64,000 nt of DNA from Octopus vulgaris (taxonomy: Eukaryota), in assembly GCA_951406725.2 (NCBI GenBank), contig OX597818.1:114514001-114578000 (forward strand), given 5' to 3'. The notes beneath the pieces were generated by a model. It did not search any database and was not told the origin of the DNA. It saw only the letters and a program-made list of their open reading frames with translations. This document shows positions 1 through 14,672 of this stretch, in pieces (the stretch's first letter is position 1; each line of letters opens with the position of its first letter). The translations under genes and the position numbers were made by a program.

Positions 1-503
1 CTTTCATCCTTTCGGGATCGATTAAATAAGTACCAGTTAAGCACTGGGGTCGATGTAATCCGTTTGTCTGTCCTTGTTTGTCTCTTTCTGTGGGTAGTAA
101 AGAAATATGTATATTCATGGATTTTAATTTCGTAGTGAAAAGGTTGAATAAAAAAAAAAAATGAAAACTTCAAGAAATAGCCTTGGAAACAAATCAAAAG
201 TAAAAGTAGAAACATAACCCAACCAAAAAATGAAAAATGTAAAATTATAAAAAATAATGCAGGTAGAATAAAAAAAAAACCCAAATAATAATACTTTCTA
301 CTGTAGACGCTTCTTGTAGGGTATGCTGTGATGACAGTAATATAACAGGTGCAACTTGTAATATCTAGATATAAGTTTTCCTCTTTGGACATTATAACAA
401 AATAACCTTTTCACCGTGGAATTTCATTATGCTTAACTACGGAAAACACTTTAATATTCAAGTCTATCTTCTTTTGAGGAATGTCATGTTTGAAGCAATT
501 TTC

Positions 504-931
504 GGATCTTTTCGGTTTGAACGGCAGTTTTTGCTAGCGGTGTCATATGAAATTGTCACCCATAATTATGACCCTAATATCGATCTATTGCATTTCAATC
601 TGTTTTTGGGTTTAGGGTTAGTTAGGGTTAGGGGTGGAGGGAAGGGTATCTTTTTTTCTTCACAAATGTAAATAAACCCAATCTGTTTCTTAACGAGGGA
701 CATATTCATAAGGCACAGAATGTTTTTAACTCAATGGACGTCATCGATTAGTTGAAATTGCAGAAATTGAAGAAAAAAAAACAGCAAATATCTTACGAAC
801 TATAAAAATGTTCTCAATAAAGCCAAGAGAAAAAGAGGTTTTATAAACACATTCTACCAGTATACGAAGTTTAAAATTTTTTAGTTACCTAGAAATTATG
901 TTAAAAACTGCCGTTCAAACCGAAAAGATCC
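504..931. mobile_element. MITE (428 bp) with perfect 29-bp TIRs and 8-bp TSD, Merlin-like termini
   Basis: GGATCTTTTCGGTTTGAACGGCAGTTTTT at 504-532, exact reverse complement at 903-931. CAATTTTC duplicated at 496-503 and 932-939. Superfamily inferred from GG termini plus the 8-bp TSD. Confidence 0.9.
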
Positions 932-1672
932 CAATTTTCTATTGAAATATGTCCAGTTTATGAAGCAACGTGATTTGTAGAAAATACCAATTCTATGTTT
1001 TACTGGATAATAAACATAATTACTGGAATAAACGTAAAATTTAATTTCTCCATTAAAGGGTCAAAGAAATATATGCAACAAGGACGTAACTGCTGTTGGA
1101 AAGTATTCACGTGCGAATATTCCCATGCGCCGCTCAGAGAAATAGGTCTGTACCTTCAGGATCAAAGAGCTTATCCATCTTAAATTGAATTCATTTCTTT
1201 CAAGAATCTAGAAGTAACTATGGCTTTGTATTAGTTCAATGTGATTGGTAAGAAGCAATCGCGGCACGCGATTAGAAGCATATATACATACACAGACAAA
1301 AATATCTGTGTGATAAATAAGGTAGTTTTAGAAGCATTTGGCGTCTTGTTCTAGCATGTGGCATTATTCAATAGATGTCCTTATTATAATTTTATAATTA
1401 TATTTATAAAATTAAATACTTTGTAATAATTATTACCTAAATGGTTTTTTACAGCTAGCTACTTGATAAAATCCTATATAGATTCTATCAGTCACTATTG
1501 CCGAACCGCTAAGTTACGGGGACGTAAACACACAAGCATCAGTTGTCAAGTGATGGTGGTGGTGGTGCGGGGGGACAAGGATGCACAAACACACACACAC
1601 GCATACACACACACACATATATATCAGACAATGCTTCAAGGAAATTATACTAACCTACTCCTTTATACATAC

Positions 1673-1779
<107 letters not shown>

Positions 1780-1859
1780 ATATATATGAATGTATATATA
1801 TGTATTTATATATGTATATATATATGTATATACATATATGATTTTAGGCATACATGCAC

Positions 1860-1952
<93 letters not shown>

Positions 1953-2312
1953 CGCGCGCGCGCGCGTGTGTGTGTGTTTGTGTGTGTACATATAATTATA
2001 CAGGTACCCTTAAACGCAGACACGCTCACATATGCCATTACAATCACGTACGCACACTGGATGATTTTGAGATTAATTGGGTGATTGATTGGTAGATAAA
2101 CTAATCGAATGATTGATATAAAGAGATTCCGATGCATAAAGTAATTGATAGTTAATTTAATTGATAAAATGGTAAAATAAATAAAGATAAACGGGAATGG
2201 TTGACAAGATTGATAGACAGAGCCGTCAATGTCGAGAAAGGAATTAATGGAAAATGGTAAAACCTGGCAGACACACAACGTTTTAAATTAACTTGGTACG
2301 TAGCGCTATCTA

Positions 2313-2411
<99 letters not shown>

Positions 2412-2440
2412 GTCTGTCTGTCTTTCTGTCTGCCTGTCTG

Positions 2441-2501
<61 letters not shown>

Positions 2502-2664
2502 ATATCTATCTATCTATCTATATGTCTGTCTATCTATCTATCTATATGTCTGTCTATCTATCTATATGTCTGTCTATCTATCTATCTATCTATCTTTCTA
2601 TCTATCTATCTGTCTGTCTGTCTATCTATCTGTCTGTATGTCTGTCTGACTGTATATATGTAAG

Positions 2665-2720
<56 letters not shown>

Positions 2721-2764
2721 CATGTGTATGTGTATAGTTATACGCACATGCACATTTACATATG

Positions 2765-2800
<36 letters not shown>

Positions 2801-2809
2801 CGACCTACA

Positions 2810-2850
<41 letters not shown>

Positions 2851-3560
2851 TGATATACATTTACACTTATGTATACATAAGTAAATATATACGCGCACAT
2901 ATTTATGTATATACACATATAATTATATACATATGTGTGTATGTATATATGTGTGTGTGTGGGGGGGTATATGTAGATACCCTATGGCCGAATAATTAAG
3001 AACATTTTTATTTTATTGCCTGGAGTCGAAATTTGTAAGAAAAATGAGCGGATGGAAGCTGAGTTATAGTTGTTTTTCTTCATAGTCGGGTAGATTGTAC
3101 CTGGACGTTACAGAAAGCTGTCACCTTCTCACACTCATTGTCATTCCAATTTTACCTGAGAGCTACGGTATGCTAGCCACTAACTTGTAAGATCAGGAGC
3201 AAGGGATTCTGGTTAAGGCAAAGAACTTTCATCGACCTTCCTCCGCGATAACCCAACATATATAAATAGCCGCAAGTGCGAGCGCGTACACACATACACA
3301 TTCACAAACATACATACGTTTATGTATGTGTGTGTTTATGTATGTGTGTGTGTGTGTCTGTATGCTTATATTTATATATATGTACATACACGCTTACACA
3401 TATCTATATTTATATAGATAAATAGACAGACAGAATGATAGATAGTTAGATAGACAGGTAGATAGATAGATAGACAGATAGACAAACACAGACAGATAGA
3501 TAGATAGTCAGGCAGACAGACAGAAGACAGACAGGTAGATAGATAGACAGACAGACAGAC

Positions 3561-3650
<90 letters not shown>

Positions 3651-3874
3651 TCTGGCAGGTGGACACATAAATAACTTCGTAGAAAGATGTTTCCGGTGAG
3701 TCTCTGTACCGAAACAAGTTTTATGGTTAGAAAAACAGACACTTAAAGAATTTCAGCCAATTAATCAGAAAGATGCAAGCTGACCATTGAATCAATATAC
3801 TTCTTTGTCTAAATGGAAATATTCCGCTCTACATCTATTAAAGTAAACCTACCCTTTTTTTGTATTGCATGGCC

Positions 3875-3982
3875 TTGATGCGTGTGATCGTCGCATTGAC
3901 CATGACAGAGAAAGTTGAGCAGAGAATCTGCATCAAATTTTGCCAAAAGCTTGGCGATACCTGTTCAGAAGCCTACGCAAAT
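3875..3982 (+). mobile_element. Inverted fragment of the same older mariner family (start of transposase)
   Basis: ATG at 3903 reads MTEKVEQRICIKFCQKLGDTCSEAYA. Upstream GCGTGTGATCGTCGCATTGACC matches the minus-strand copy at ~4405-4430. Confidence 0.75.
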
Positions 3983-4476
3983 TTTCAAAACGTTTTCATC
4001 GTTCTCGACACAACCAAAGAAATTTTGTGAAACTGAAACGCGAGTCTCATTTTGGTCAGCTGAAAGCAGTTTTGGCACACATTTGGCAGACACACGTCTC
4101 ATCCCCAAATCTTCAGTGATAATAGACTGAACTGAACCGTAACTAATCTGAAGATGAACCGATACCTCACGGATGGTGATTCGACGATTTCCCCTCACAG
4201 ATGCGCGCACATCTGGGAGGTTTTTCTCAATTCTGCTGGTTGCGGGTCTCTCAGAACGTTCGTCAATGTCGACATTTTGTTGGCCATCTGGGAAACATTT
4301 GAACCACTCGTAGATTTGTGTGCAGCTCATACACTCCTCTCCATACTCTTTCTGCAACATTGTGTAAGCTTCTGAGAAGGTATTACCATGATAACTTTCT
4401 CTGTCATGGTCAATGCGAGGATCACACGCTACACACATTCCTTCGGAGCACTGCTGTAAACAATGGAAATGATCTA

Positions 4477-5746
4477 CGAGGGACGTTCAATAAGTAATGC
4501 CTCTGACCCACTTGCAGTTGTTTGATCTAGCTGAAATTTTACTCTATAGAGTAAGTGGCAAATTACAGCTCTGAATTAATTGTGGTTTCTGATTTACAGG
4601 TGTTTGAACCGAGTCAAGTGTGAAATGGAGCCTGTTGAGTGTCGAGCAGTGATCCGGTTTTTGTATTTGAAAGGACGCACACCACGGGAGACTTTTGATG
4701 AAATGAAAGTAACTTATGGTGATGATGTCCCATCATATGACCTTGTAAAATGCTGGCATCGTGAATTCAAACATGGTCGGAACTCTGTGGAAACAGCTCC
4801 CAGATTTGGTCGCCCCTTCTGCCATTGATGAGGCATCTGTCCGTCAAGTTGAGGCTGCCATTTTGGATGATCGACGCATAATTATTCGCCAAATAGCCCA
4901 TGAGGTAAAGATTAGTACCGGGCCTGTGGAAACTATCATTCATGACCATTTGCATTTGCAAAAGGTGTCTGCCAGATGGATTCCCAGGTTGCTCACGCCT
5001 TTCCAGAAGCAAGAACGCGTCGAGTGCTCGAGGGTGAATTTGGAGATGTGCCAAGAATATGAGTCAAAATTTTTCAAAAGACTGATTACACAGGAGGAAA
5101 CCTGGGTCCATCACGATGATCCAGAGACCAAAGCCCAGTCAATGCAGTGGAAGCACCGTGACTCACCCCCTCCAAAGAAGGCAAGGGTGCAGCCCTTCGC
5201 TGGCAAGGTCATGCTCACAGTTTTCTGGGACCAGGACGGAGTAGTGATGACAGATTTCCTGGCAAAGGGTACCACAATTGCAGGAGCCTATTATGCTTCA
5301 CTTTTGAGGAAATTAAGAGAAGTTATCAAAATCAAGAGGCGGGGCAAGATCAGCAAAGGCATCCTCCTCCTGCAGGATAACGCTCCGGTCCACAACTCGC
5401 TTGTCGCCAGATCAGAAGCACAGGCGTATGGCTATGAACTCCTCCCCATCCCCCTACTTTCCTGACCTTGCACCCTCTGATTTTCACCTCTTCCCAGTCA
5501 TGAAGTTGTTTTTGAAAGGAAAGCGTTTCCCAGATGATGCAGCCTTGATTTCTGAAGTCACGTTCAGGTTGGAGGTCCAAGCTGGGGTCTTCTACAAAAA
5601 CGGTCTCCAGAGCTGCAACAAACAATGGGAGAAATGCGTAACTCTGGGTGGTTCCTATGTAGAAAAAGACTAATAACTGTGCCAAGTTTCGTTGCTCTAC
5701 TGCTATGGGAAGTGGGTGAGGGGCATTACTTATTGAACGCCCCTCG
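4477..5746 (+). mobile_element. Near full-length mariner (DD34D) DNA transposon, 1270 bp
   Basis: ~37-bp TIRs (CGAGGGACGTTCAATAAGTAATGCCTCTGACCCACTT and its reverse complement at 5710-5746, 3 mismatches). TA TSD at 4475-76 and 5747-48. Confidence 0.95.
4625..5673 (+). pseudogene. Mariner transposase with two frameshifts
   Basis: Three ORF pieces: MEPVECRAVIRFL (HTH), WIPRLLT, ITQEETWVHH (first catalytic D reads E), LLQDNAPVH, PDLAPSDFHLF. Frameshifts near 4815 and 5450. Confidence 0.93.
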
Positions 5747-6986
5747 TAAAACGTTAAAACTTAGTGTATAAGCACAACAGAGTTCAATATCAATCTGTGC
5801 GAAGCTGATTCCCTCTGCGTCCTACAGCTGATAACAACAGTCCGGATGCTTATTGATCAGACTTATATATACATACAAAGTACCACCTTGTCGTGGTTGT
5901 TCCGTACTAAACAATGTTAACACTCTTTTTAACCCCAGGAAGACATTACCTCCAGCTGGTTGATGACACGATATCTGTGTCCGTTATATTGCAAACAAGG
6001 GAGCGAACAACTCCCGTCTCGCGGAGTCAGAACCAGTAGACCAGCTGGTTTGAGGCTCTTACCCTTCCTCAGTACTGCTACACCATTCTGCTAGACATAG
6101 CAATCGTTCGTCCCCGTTCGCAATATACAGCAGACAAGTGTACCACTAGGGTAGGGTATGACCTTGAGGAAGGGTAAGACCTTGAAACCCATTTCTTTAC
6201 TACATGATAGGGTGCTGAAAATTTCTTAATATTAAGTGCATCGCGAAAGGCCTGGCTCTAGGCAGAGCCTTCCGAGTTCTTTTACAGGCCTTAACAAAAA
6301 TTCAAGGGTCGCTGCAATAAGTGAATCTGAGAGGGGAATATGTTGAATTATAATGAAATGAGCCTACTTCTGTATTTTCTTTTACACAAGGACCGCAATT
6401 TTTCAGCAACCACTCGTGTACTTTATTTGTGAGTTCACTAGTCTACTAAGGGCTTCAAGTAAAGACATCTTCACAACTATTCCAGCGTATCACATGGAAG
6501 TGTTGGAGAACTCGATCTCTTCATATGAAATACATTGGTTGTGTTTTTAACCCACAAATAATAAATATCTATCTACCGATGCAGAGTTGAGAAATCATTC
6601 TCACTGTTCGATAATAGCTCACACGCACGTACACACACACACACATACACACGTATACACATAGATACATATATATTATGAATATATGTATATATGTAGG
6701 TATATACGTACTATGTATGTATGTGTTTATGCATGTATGTATGTATGCACACACACAATCACTATGTTTATTTCATACACTTTTCTTCCATTAATGAAAC
6801 ATCTGGAAGTTTTTCGACACACCCAGTTATCGATGTAAGTTAAACATACAAGTAAATAAGTTATGTTCGCACTAATGAATACAATCGAAATATGTTTACG
6901 TCAATCGTTTCATATATATATATACACATACATATATAACCACATATATATATATACATATACATACATACACACGCATATATATA

Positions 6987-7039
<53 letters not shown>

Positions 7040-8759
7040 GTGTGTGTGTATACAGACATACAGGTAGGCACATAAGTACAAAACAATATGGAAACCAGTA
7101 CTTGAATACCAAAGGTAGAGCAATATGCTTGTAGAGTATTCATTAAAACATTCCGACGAACTGGAAGTGAATTCCTCCACCACATTGCTATACATACCTC
7201 TGGTAAACTATATATATATAGATTAGTATATGTATGTATGGCAAAGAGGTGGAGGAATTTGCTTCAAAATCACAAGATTCCAGGTTTCATCGCACGTTAT
7301 TTCAGTTTGAGCATATACCTTCTATCATAGATTTTGGTCGACACAAATTAGCTAAGTGATATTATATAGACGTCTACTATGTAATTTATAATATTATTTG
7401 CTGTTTCATTCGATAAATAGTGAATTGTTATTATAATAACGTGTATTTTCTTTAATAGTATGAAAGAAATCATAGGTATATTTCATATTTCGCCATGTTT
7501 TTTTTTAGTTTTAAATATTGTTCCTAGTATTAAAAAAAAACTAATGCCCTAAAATATATTTTGATCAAATATATAGTATGCAAATATATTTTATGACCGT
7601 TATAGTAGTTTACTTCTTACTTCTCATGTTTCATGTTTTAATTTTCATTTTTGTTTTTGCTTTTAATCACTGACGCTCATGCATTCAAACAAATATATTT
7701 AAATTCATGTTTTTTTTTCATGGATCTCTAACTCGTCATATATGAAGAATTACCCTGAAGTGATTCTTACCCACAAACATTGACTTTTATAATTCTATTA
7801 TGGGTAAGAATCAAAATAATTGTATGTAATTTGTATTTAATATTTATCATTTAATATACTATATTATTATATGAATATAATTTAATATAATATTATGTTA
7901 ATAAATTTTAAATTGTGAATTGACAAGTGTATATCTTCATTTTCTTAGAGATTGGGAAGCCAACCAACTACGGGATAGTACCTATCTAATATACTACTGG
8001 TAATGTGCCTAATTATTAATACCCAAGTGCTGGTTAACGCGGATACGAACACCACACTTTGGTCATCACCTGGTGCCATACTCTCTTTAGTACCAACTGA
8101 CATCCTACATATAAACTTCCAACTCTGAAACACGGTCCATACTTTCAAACCCACCATTGTAAACACAAACATAACGTGTCTTTATATGTAAACAAAATAA
8201 GAAGCACAGCCTAAATTTACCCTTCCTAAAAATCTCATTCCATCCACCACTGGACAAAATAGCATGAATCTTGGAAAGCAACTCTTGAAGTCTAAGACTT
8301 ATTTCTCTTTCCTATACCTGATCCATTTTATTAAATTTTACTCCTCTCACACTCTAAGTCTTGCTCCTATTCTTCTTATGCCCTCTTCAGTAAAAAAAAA
8401 TACTGTACCTATTAGTAACTGACTCTGTATCGGCTCTCATTTAGACCATTTAGACCCTCTGGTGAAGGCCAGAGGCACACTCAACATCCAAACTCTACCT
8501 ACCCATCCCTACAGAACACTGAAGAGATGGAGCTAGCATGGAGGATATCGTGACCTTTTGGTAGAAACGGCCGTAAGGAACTGATCTTTTAATCTTTTAC
8601 TCTTTTTATGCATTACTAGTATATATTTGTGTAGCACACAATCTTTGCATGTGTATGTATTCTTATAATACTCCCTTTTGTTTTGGGATAAATAGACATA
8701 ATAGAATATCTACCGGCTGATGTACGTCATTTTTGTACCCTCTCCATTTTCTTTTTGCC

Positions 8760-8793
<34 letters not shown>

Positions 8794-8953
8794 CGGGCTT
8801 CTTTCAATTTTCGTCTACCAAATCCACTCACAAGGCTTTGGTCAGCCTGAGGCTATAGTAGAAGATACTTGCTCAAGGTGCCACGCAGTGGGACTGGACC
8901 CGGAACCATGTGGTTCTTAAGCAAGCGACTTACCACACAGCCACTCATACGCC

Positions 8954-9018
<65 letters not shown>

Positions 9019-10106
9019 CATCTCATTGCCCACCCATCAATCGATAAAAGCAAAACGAACAGACATGCGCAGAAATCAGTTTTCTCGCTTCATCTAATTC
9101 TATCTTGACGAGTTGAGAACCAGATACTGTGTGTCAATTTAATTCTCTTCATTGTTACTTCAATGCACTCTTACCAAATATGTATTCGGTGAATAAGCGA
9201 TTACTGCAAGCTACTTTGTGATGTTTCCAAACATGATATTATGTTATCTGGCACCGACGCAACACAAGGCTTTAAATTTGCGGTAGGAAAGGAACCAGTC
9301 GATTATATCGGTCTCATTTCTTCACTGGTATTTATTTCATTGCTTTATTGTCACGGTAAGACTACTAGTGAACTCTTAATGATACCTAGAAGTTATTAGA
9401 CCGAATTTCTGCGCTCTTAGTTCAAACCACGCCAATATCAACTTTGTCTTTCACCTCTTCGGGGGTTGATAAAAATGTTTCCATCTAAGTCGGTCTTAAT
9501 TCAATTTTCACCGAGGTCGACGTTGTCTTTCATCATTCCGGGGTCGACTTTGTCTTTCATCATTCCGGGGTCGATAAAAGGAAGTAAAAGCTGAGCACTG
9601 CGCGGCAGATGCAATCAACTGACTCCCTACCAAAAAATCACTGGTCTTGTCCCAAAATTTGAAACCAGGAAAACAACAAACATCAGAGAGTTAGATTTCT
9701 TTGATCGATGATAAATTTGTTGAATATCTAAATTAATTGATTAGCTCAAGCGGTAAAACCGATAGATCAACTGATTAAATCTCTAAATGTCTTCATTTCA
9801 GATCTGATTAAAGTTGATAAAAAAAAATGTACTGCAATTGTGGTGGCTGGTTTCCAATGACAGAATATTTTTGTTTGCGCTGACCAAAATAGAAGGTGAT
9901 CAACAACGACCATCCTGTTCTTTCATGAAGCAGACTAAACTTATCATTATATTATATTACTCAATCTGCTCCAGATAACAGGATGTTATTTCAGACAGTT
10001 CACCGATTTTTCAGGCAGATTCGCAGAACTGGAATGAATATCAGCCATGTATGAACTCGACACTTCAACAAATTTGCGACCTTCTTGTACATGTTGTATG
10101 TATGCA

Positions 10107-10157
<51 letters not shown>

Positions 10158-10827
10158 TATGTATGTATATATGTATGTATATAATTTTAAATTAATAATT
10201 ATATATTATTAATTTAATATATAAATTGCTTATTTCCATGCTGACTATCTGATTATTATCGTTAATTAGATTTTAATCCTTATTTTATGAATATATATTT
10301 CATATATAATTCTTAAAAAATAATATTATTGATAGTGACTTCGAAATTTCAGTGAGTTAAGTATAGAGTAACCCATCAGATTAATGCAAAATTATTGTAA
10401 TTGAACTTAAAAGTAAACGTACAAACATACATTTATTTCACCTTCTTAAGGCACTAAGCTTTGATTAAGAAAAATATGGCTGTTATTTCCAACGACACGA
10501 ACGACTGTGCAAAGGCTATTTCGTTGGTTTGTCATCTTCTAAGTAATTATTTGAAGTGATTGTATTAAGATTGTTTATTTATATATAAATAAGCACTGGA
10601 AACAGTCTATTTTTACAACGCAGAAAAAAGACGATAGCATTAACAAAAAAGGAAAATGAAAAATATATCGAACACGAATGTACAAAATGCTTCCATGACC
10701 AAGAGACGGGAAAAAATGTGGTGTCAATTATCGTATTCTTATTTTGAAATAAATCTAATAAAATATTTATTTCTACGTTAATGTCTGGTAAGAAAAAAAA
10801 ATCTATACAATTAGAAAATCTCTATCA

Positions 10828-10922
<95 letters not shown>

Positions 10923-10927
10923 CATCC

Positions 10928-11015
<88 letters not shown>

Positions 11016-11952
11016 GAAGGGAGTGGTTAGGGGCGTTCTCTTTTTTTTTTTTGGAGAGTGTTTACAGCTGATTTATAGATAACGTACGGTGTTCGATATT
11101 CTGAAGCTATTGGCTTTTCAGACACGTTTTTGTCTGATTGGATTAGCTTATGAAATTTTCTAACATTTTGCCTATCATAATATCTTGTGAGGAAGATCAG
11201 ACACTCGCATACGTAGACACAGTACATAAATTCAAAAGGGAAAATATACACAATTTTACTAAGAAATGCATACATATAAAGAAAAACGTGTAAATACATG
11301 TACGGAGTATTGGGACTTGGGAAGAATCAAATAAAAGAAAAATAAAGGTGATAGCTCGGCCTATACAAACGAATAAACACGGAAAAACGTGTCTTTGTAA
11401 CTACGTAGATAGAAAAATTCGCTAAACTGTCTCTTATATTTGATATTGCTCATATGTATGTAAGTTTATATATATGTATGTATTTATGTATGTGTGTATG
11501 TACCTCTCACTCTGCACATACATATATCAGTACATACATGCATGCGTATATAAATATATATATATATATATATATTTGTGTGTGTGTGTGTGTGCGTGTG
11601 TAAGTATAGATGGATAGATATGCATGTGTTTTAATACGTGTTTACATATACGTACAAATATACTTCCTACACAAAGACACACATACATACATACACACAG
11701 ATACATATATCTTTTTGTAAGTATGTATGTATGTATATATGTATGTATGTATGTATGTATGGATGGATGGATAGATAGATGCATGCATGTATGCAACTCT
11801 TCTGGCTTTCATTTCTCCCTGAATGGACTGGAGTAACGTGAAATAAAGCGTCTCGTACAACGCACACCGGGAATTGAACACCCGATGTTACGATCATGAG
11901 TCGAATACCCTACACACTAAACCGCGCACCTTCACTCAACATATATATATAA

Positions 11953-12164
11953 TTAATCCAAACATGAAAACACAAAGAGAAAACACAACATCGCGAGGAC
12001 GTGGAACAAGTATAGTATTATTGGACGCTCAGGAAAGAAGAAAAGAAGGAGGGCTTAACGTTTCGAGCGGAGCTCTTCGTCAGAAACATACAAAAGAAAA
12101 ATCCAAAGAAGGGAAGACGGCGGGGAAAAATCGCCAACAGTACACACGTGGTCAAATTTTGAAT

Positions 12165-12165
<1 letters not shown>
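11953..12165 (-). mobile_element. Penelope-type terminal repeat between (TA)n runs; related partial copies at 39163-39268 and 58610-58700
   Basis: Shared TAATCCAAAC...GTGGAACAA...GACGCTCAGGAAAGAAG sequence in three places, plus a hammerhead core. Confidence 0.65.
12050..12092 (-). ncRNA. Minimal type I hammerhead ribozyme motif
   Basis: guuu-CUGACGA-A-GAGC(ucc)GCUC-GAAA-CGUUA with palindromic AACGUU at stem III. Confidence 0.65.
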
Positions 12166-12217
<52 letters not shown>

Positions 12218-13179
12218 CGATTACGTGTCATCTAAGGGGAGAAATATAAAAGAATGGCACATGTTCAATTTAATCGAAATTCAATTCCATCGATCTCAGT
12301 GTAATAAAAGACAATATCAACTGAAAATCTGAGCTCGTAAATGGGCAGGAAGAGATTAAATGCTGAAAGATAATATCTGTGTCAATGAACTGTGGCCATA
12401 CTGGGGAATGGTCTTTAATACTTTCATTCCATCTTATTGACTCGAATATATTTACGTATGATTCTTATTTCATCAATCTATATGAATCGAATTGCTTAGT
12501 CACGTTTTTGTTTTATATACAAAACCGGTAAACAAGCTCAAAATTACACACGAACATATTGAGGCATCTGTATGTGTGTGTTTAGATATACATATATAAC
12601 TAGCACTCCGTCCGTTTCGACGATGATTATTCAATTATTTCATCAGCAGAATTTCCGGTTCGTCGGTTAAATATGTGAGTGACTGAGGATTTCTAAGAGA
12701 AATTGTGAAGTAGAACCAGTATAACGTTATACGTGACAAGGCAGTATCTTGTGAACTACGGATACAATTCATGCGACGGGCTTCGAAATAACTTCCTTCT
12801 ACCTAATTTCATTCACAATATAAGGACCGACTCCTTGGCTAGAGAAAATGTCAAATGTCCGTGATAACATACAATAGCATCAAGCTGGGGATCTCTTAGT
12901 TTCTTAGTATATATGTATGCTTACTCACACTCGCCTGAAGCACATACATGCCCCCCCCCACACACACGTATATAAACCCATACGCGCACAATTATAGTCA
13001 TATACACGTCTAAAAATACGCATATGCTATATGCATATGCTCACTCACACTCGCGTGAAATACATACATACGCACCATCACACACATCTGTATGTATACA
13101 TATATATGCAACCGTACATATATACGCACCCGCACACACGTACGCACACACATACGCGTACAAATATGTTCATAAACAC

Positions 13180-13243
<64 letters not shown>

Positions 13244-14453
13244 GTATATATATACATATGTATATATATACATATGTATGTATGTATGATGTATACGTGT
13301 GTGCTTTATGTGTATGTATGCTCATCTGTTTTGCAGTTTTTGCCTATCAGTTCCACTAAGAAGCATTAATCAATCGAAAGCTTCGATATAAGCAACTTTG
13401 ACCAGAATGACCGTCCAGGATGACCGCCCAGTAAGACTGAACCCAGAAGCACGTAGTTGAATAGTAATCATTTTGAGTGTCGCGCTTATATCACTGGCAT
13501 TATAGTCAGAAATGATTTAGACGTATTACCGTTTGATTGCTTTCGTGTTTGTTTTTTAAATCACGGTGTGCTTGCTTTTAAATCACGATCGATATTATAG
13601 TTGGAAGTGTAGTACTTTGATCGTTAATTAAAAATTACGAATGACCTACATTTAAAGGGGTGACATTGAGACGTATATAGAAATTCTGAACAGCCACGAC
13701 AGCTAAAAGCGAATATAAGAAAACTAAATTAAAAAATAATTTACTATGTAAACAAAAGCCATGGCGGAGTCAAGAAAACAAGGAAACCAATTCCTGATAG
13801 TTTTTTAATTGTTTTTGAAATAAATTTGAAACTTTATTACTCTAATTTATTTTAGCTTGCCTTGGAACGACTTTGCATTCCATCACTTTAGGGCCTATAA
13901 AAAAATAAGTATTGCCAATAAATCATTTTTGTGAAAAGAATAACTTTGATTCAAGACAAAAGAAAAGATTAATTCTTCGTGTAATTGACTAAGGGAAAGT
14001 ATATTACAGCATGGCTCCGCTACTTACGTATAGACAGCTACAGACTTATTTAACACGTCATAAATCATGTTATAACAGCACAGACGATGTGCGGGGAGAA
14101 TAGAATTAGCTTTCAGTAGATGAAAAATATACAACCAGCATGATTCATACTAATTCAACACGGTGAGGAGCCAGCGCGCTAGCCTCTTAATGGTCAGTTG
14201 AATTGCTGGATATAGCAGTCAAGTCTTCCTTAAATCACTTCGTTATATTATGTAAGTCACCTATTGGATAGTACAGCTCTAGATATGCTTTCTAAAGAGA
14301 AGAGCTGACCACGAGTGGACTAATCAACAGCCTACTGACGAAAATTCATGAAATATATTTAAGTCAAACTAGGCTTCTTACCAATGAATCTTAAGAGTTA
14401 TATCCACAAAAGATATTGAACTTCATTCATTAACATCCATCTAAGTTGTTAAC

Positions 14454-14672
14454 ATATTCTTTTCTACTTTAGGCACGAGGCCCGAAATTTTGGGGAAGGG
14501 AGCCAGTCGATTAGATCGACTCCAGTACGCAACCGGTATCTAATTTATTGACCCCGAAAGGATGAAAGGCAAAGTCGACCTCGGCGGAATTTGAACTCCG
14601 AACGTAGCGGCAGATAAAATACTGCCAAGCATTTCACCCGGCGCGCTAACGATTCTTCCAACTCGTCGCCTT
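14454..14672 (-). mobile_element. SINE family A, full copy with tail type B; similar copies at 41873-42092, 17050-17265, 16835-17025, 22100-22310, 32495-32655, 9495-9670
   Basis: Same head and core, 3' tail ...CCCCAAAATTTCGGGCCTCGTGCCTAAAGTAGAAAAGAATA. Confidence 0.85.

Larger units (their letters stand above)
3980..5866 (-). mobile_element. Older mariner relic (5' end plus N-terminal transposase) interrupted by the 4477-5746 element
   Basis: ORF 3965..4438 carries QIYEWFKCF, ERSERPATS, RRITIREV, MRRVSAKCVPKLLS. Its 5' non-coding end continues at 5749-5866 and matches the copy at 47678-47830. Confidence 0.8.

Noticed and set aside
608-641. Telomeric repeat as a chromosome end or fusion scar
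   Set aside because: Only a few degenerate units, located inside a MITE.
9880-10095. Possible small host exon (TTTCAG acceptors, moderate GC)
   Set aside because: No convincing open frame or recognisable protein motif. Short exons cannot be excluded without RNA data.
14580-14672. tRNA-like A/B boxes
   Set aside because: These are SINE heads. No full cloverleaf is present and they are followed by the SINE core.
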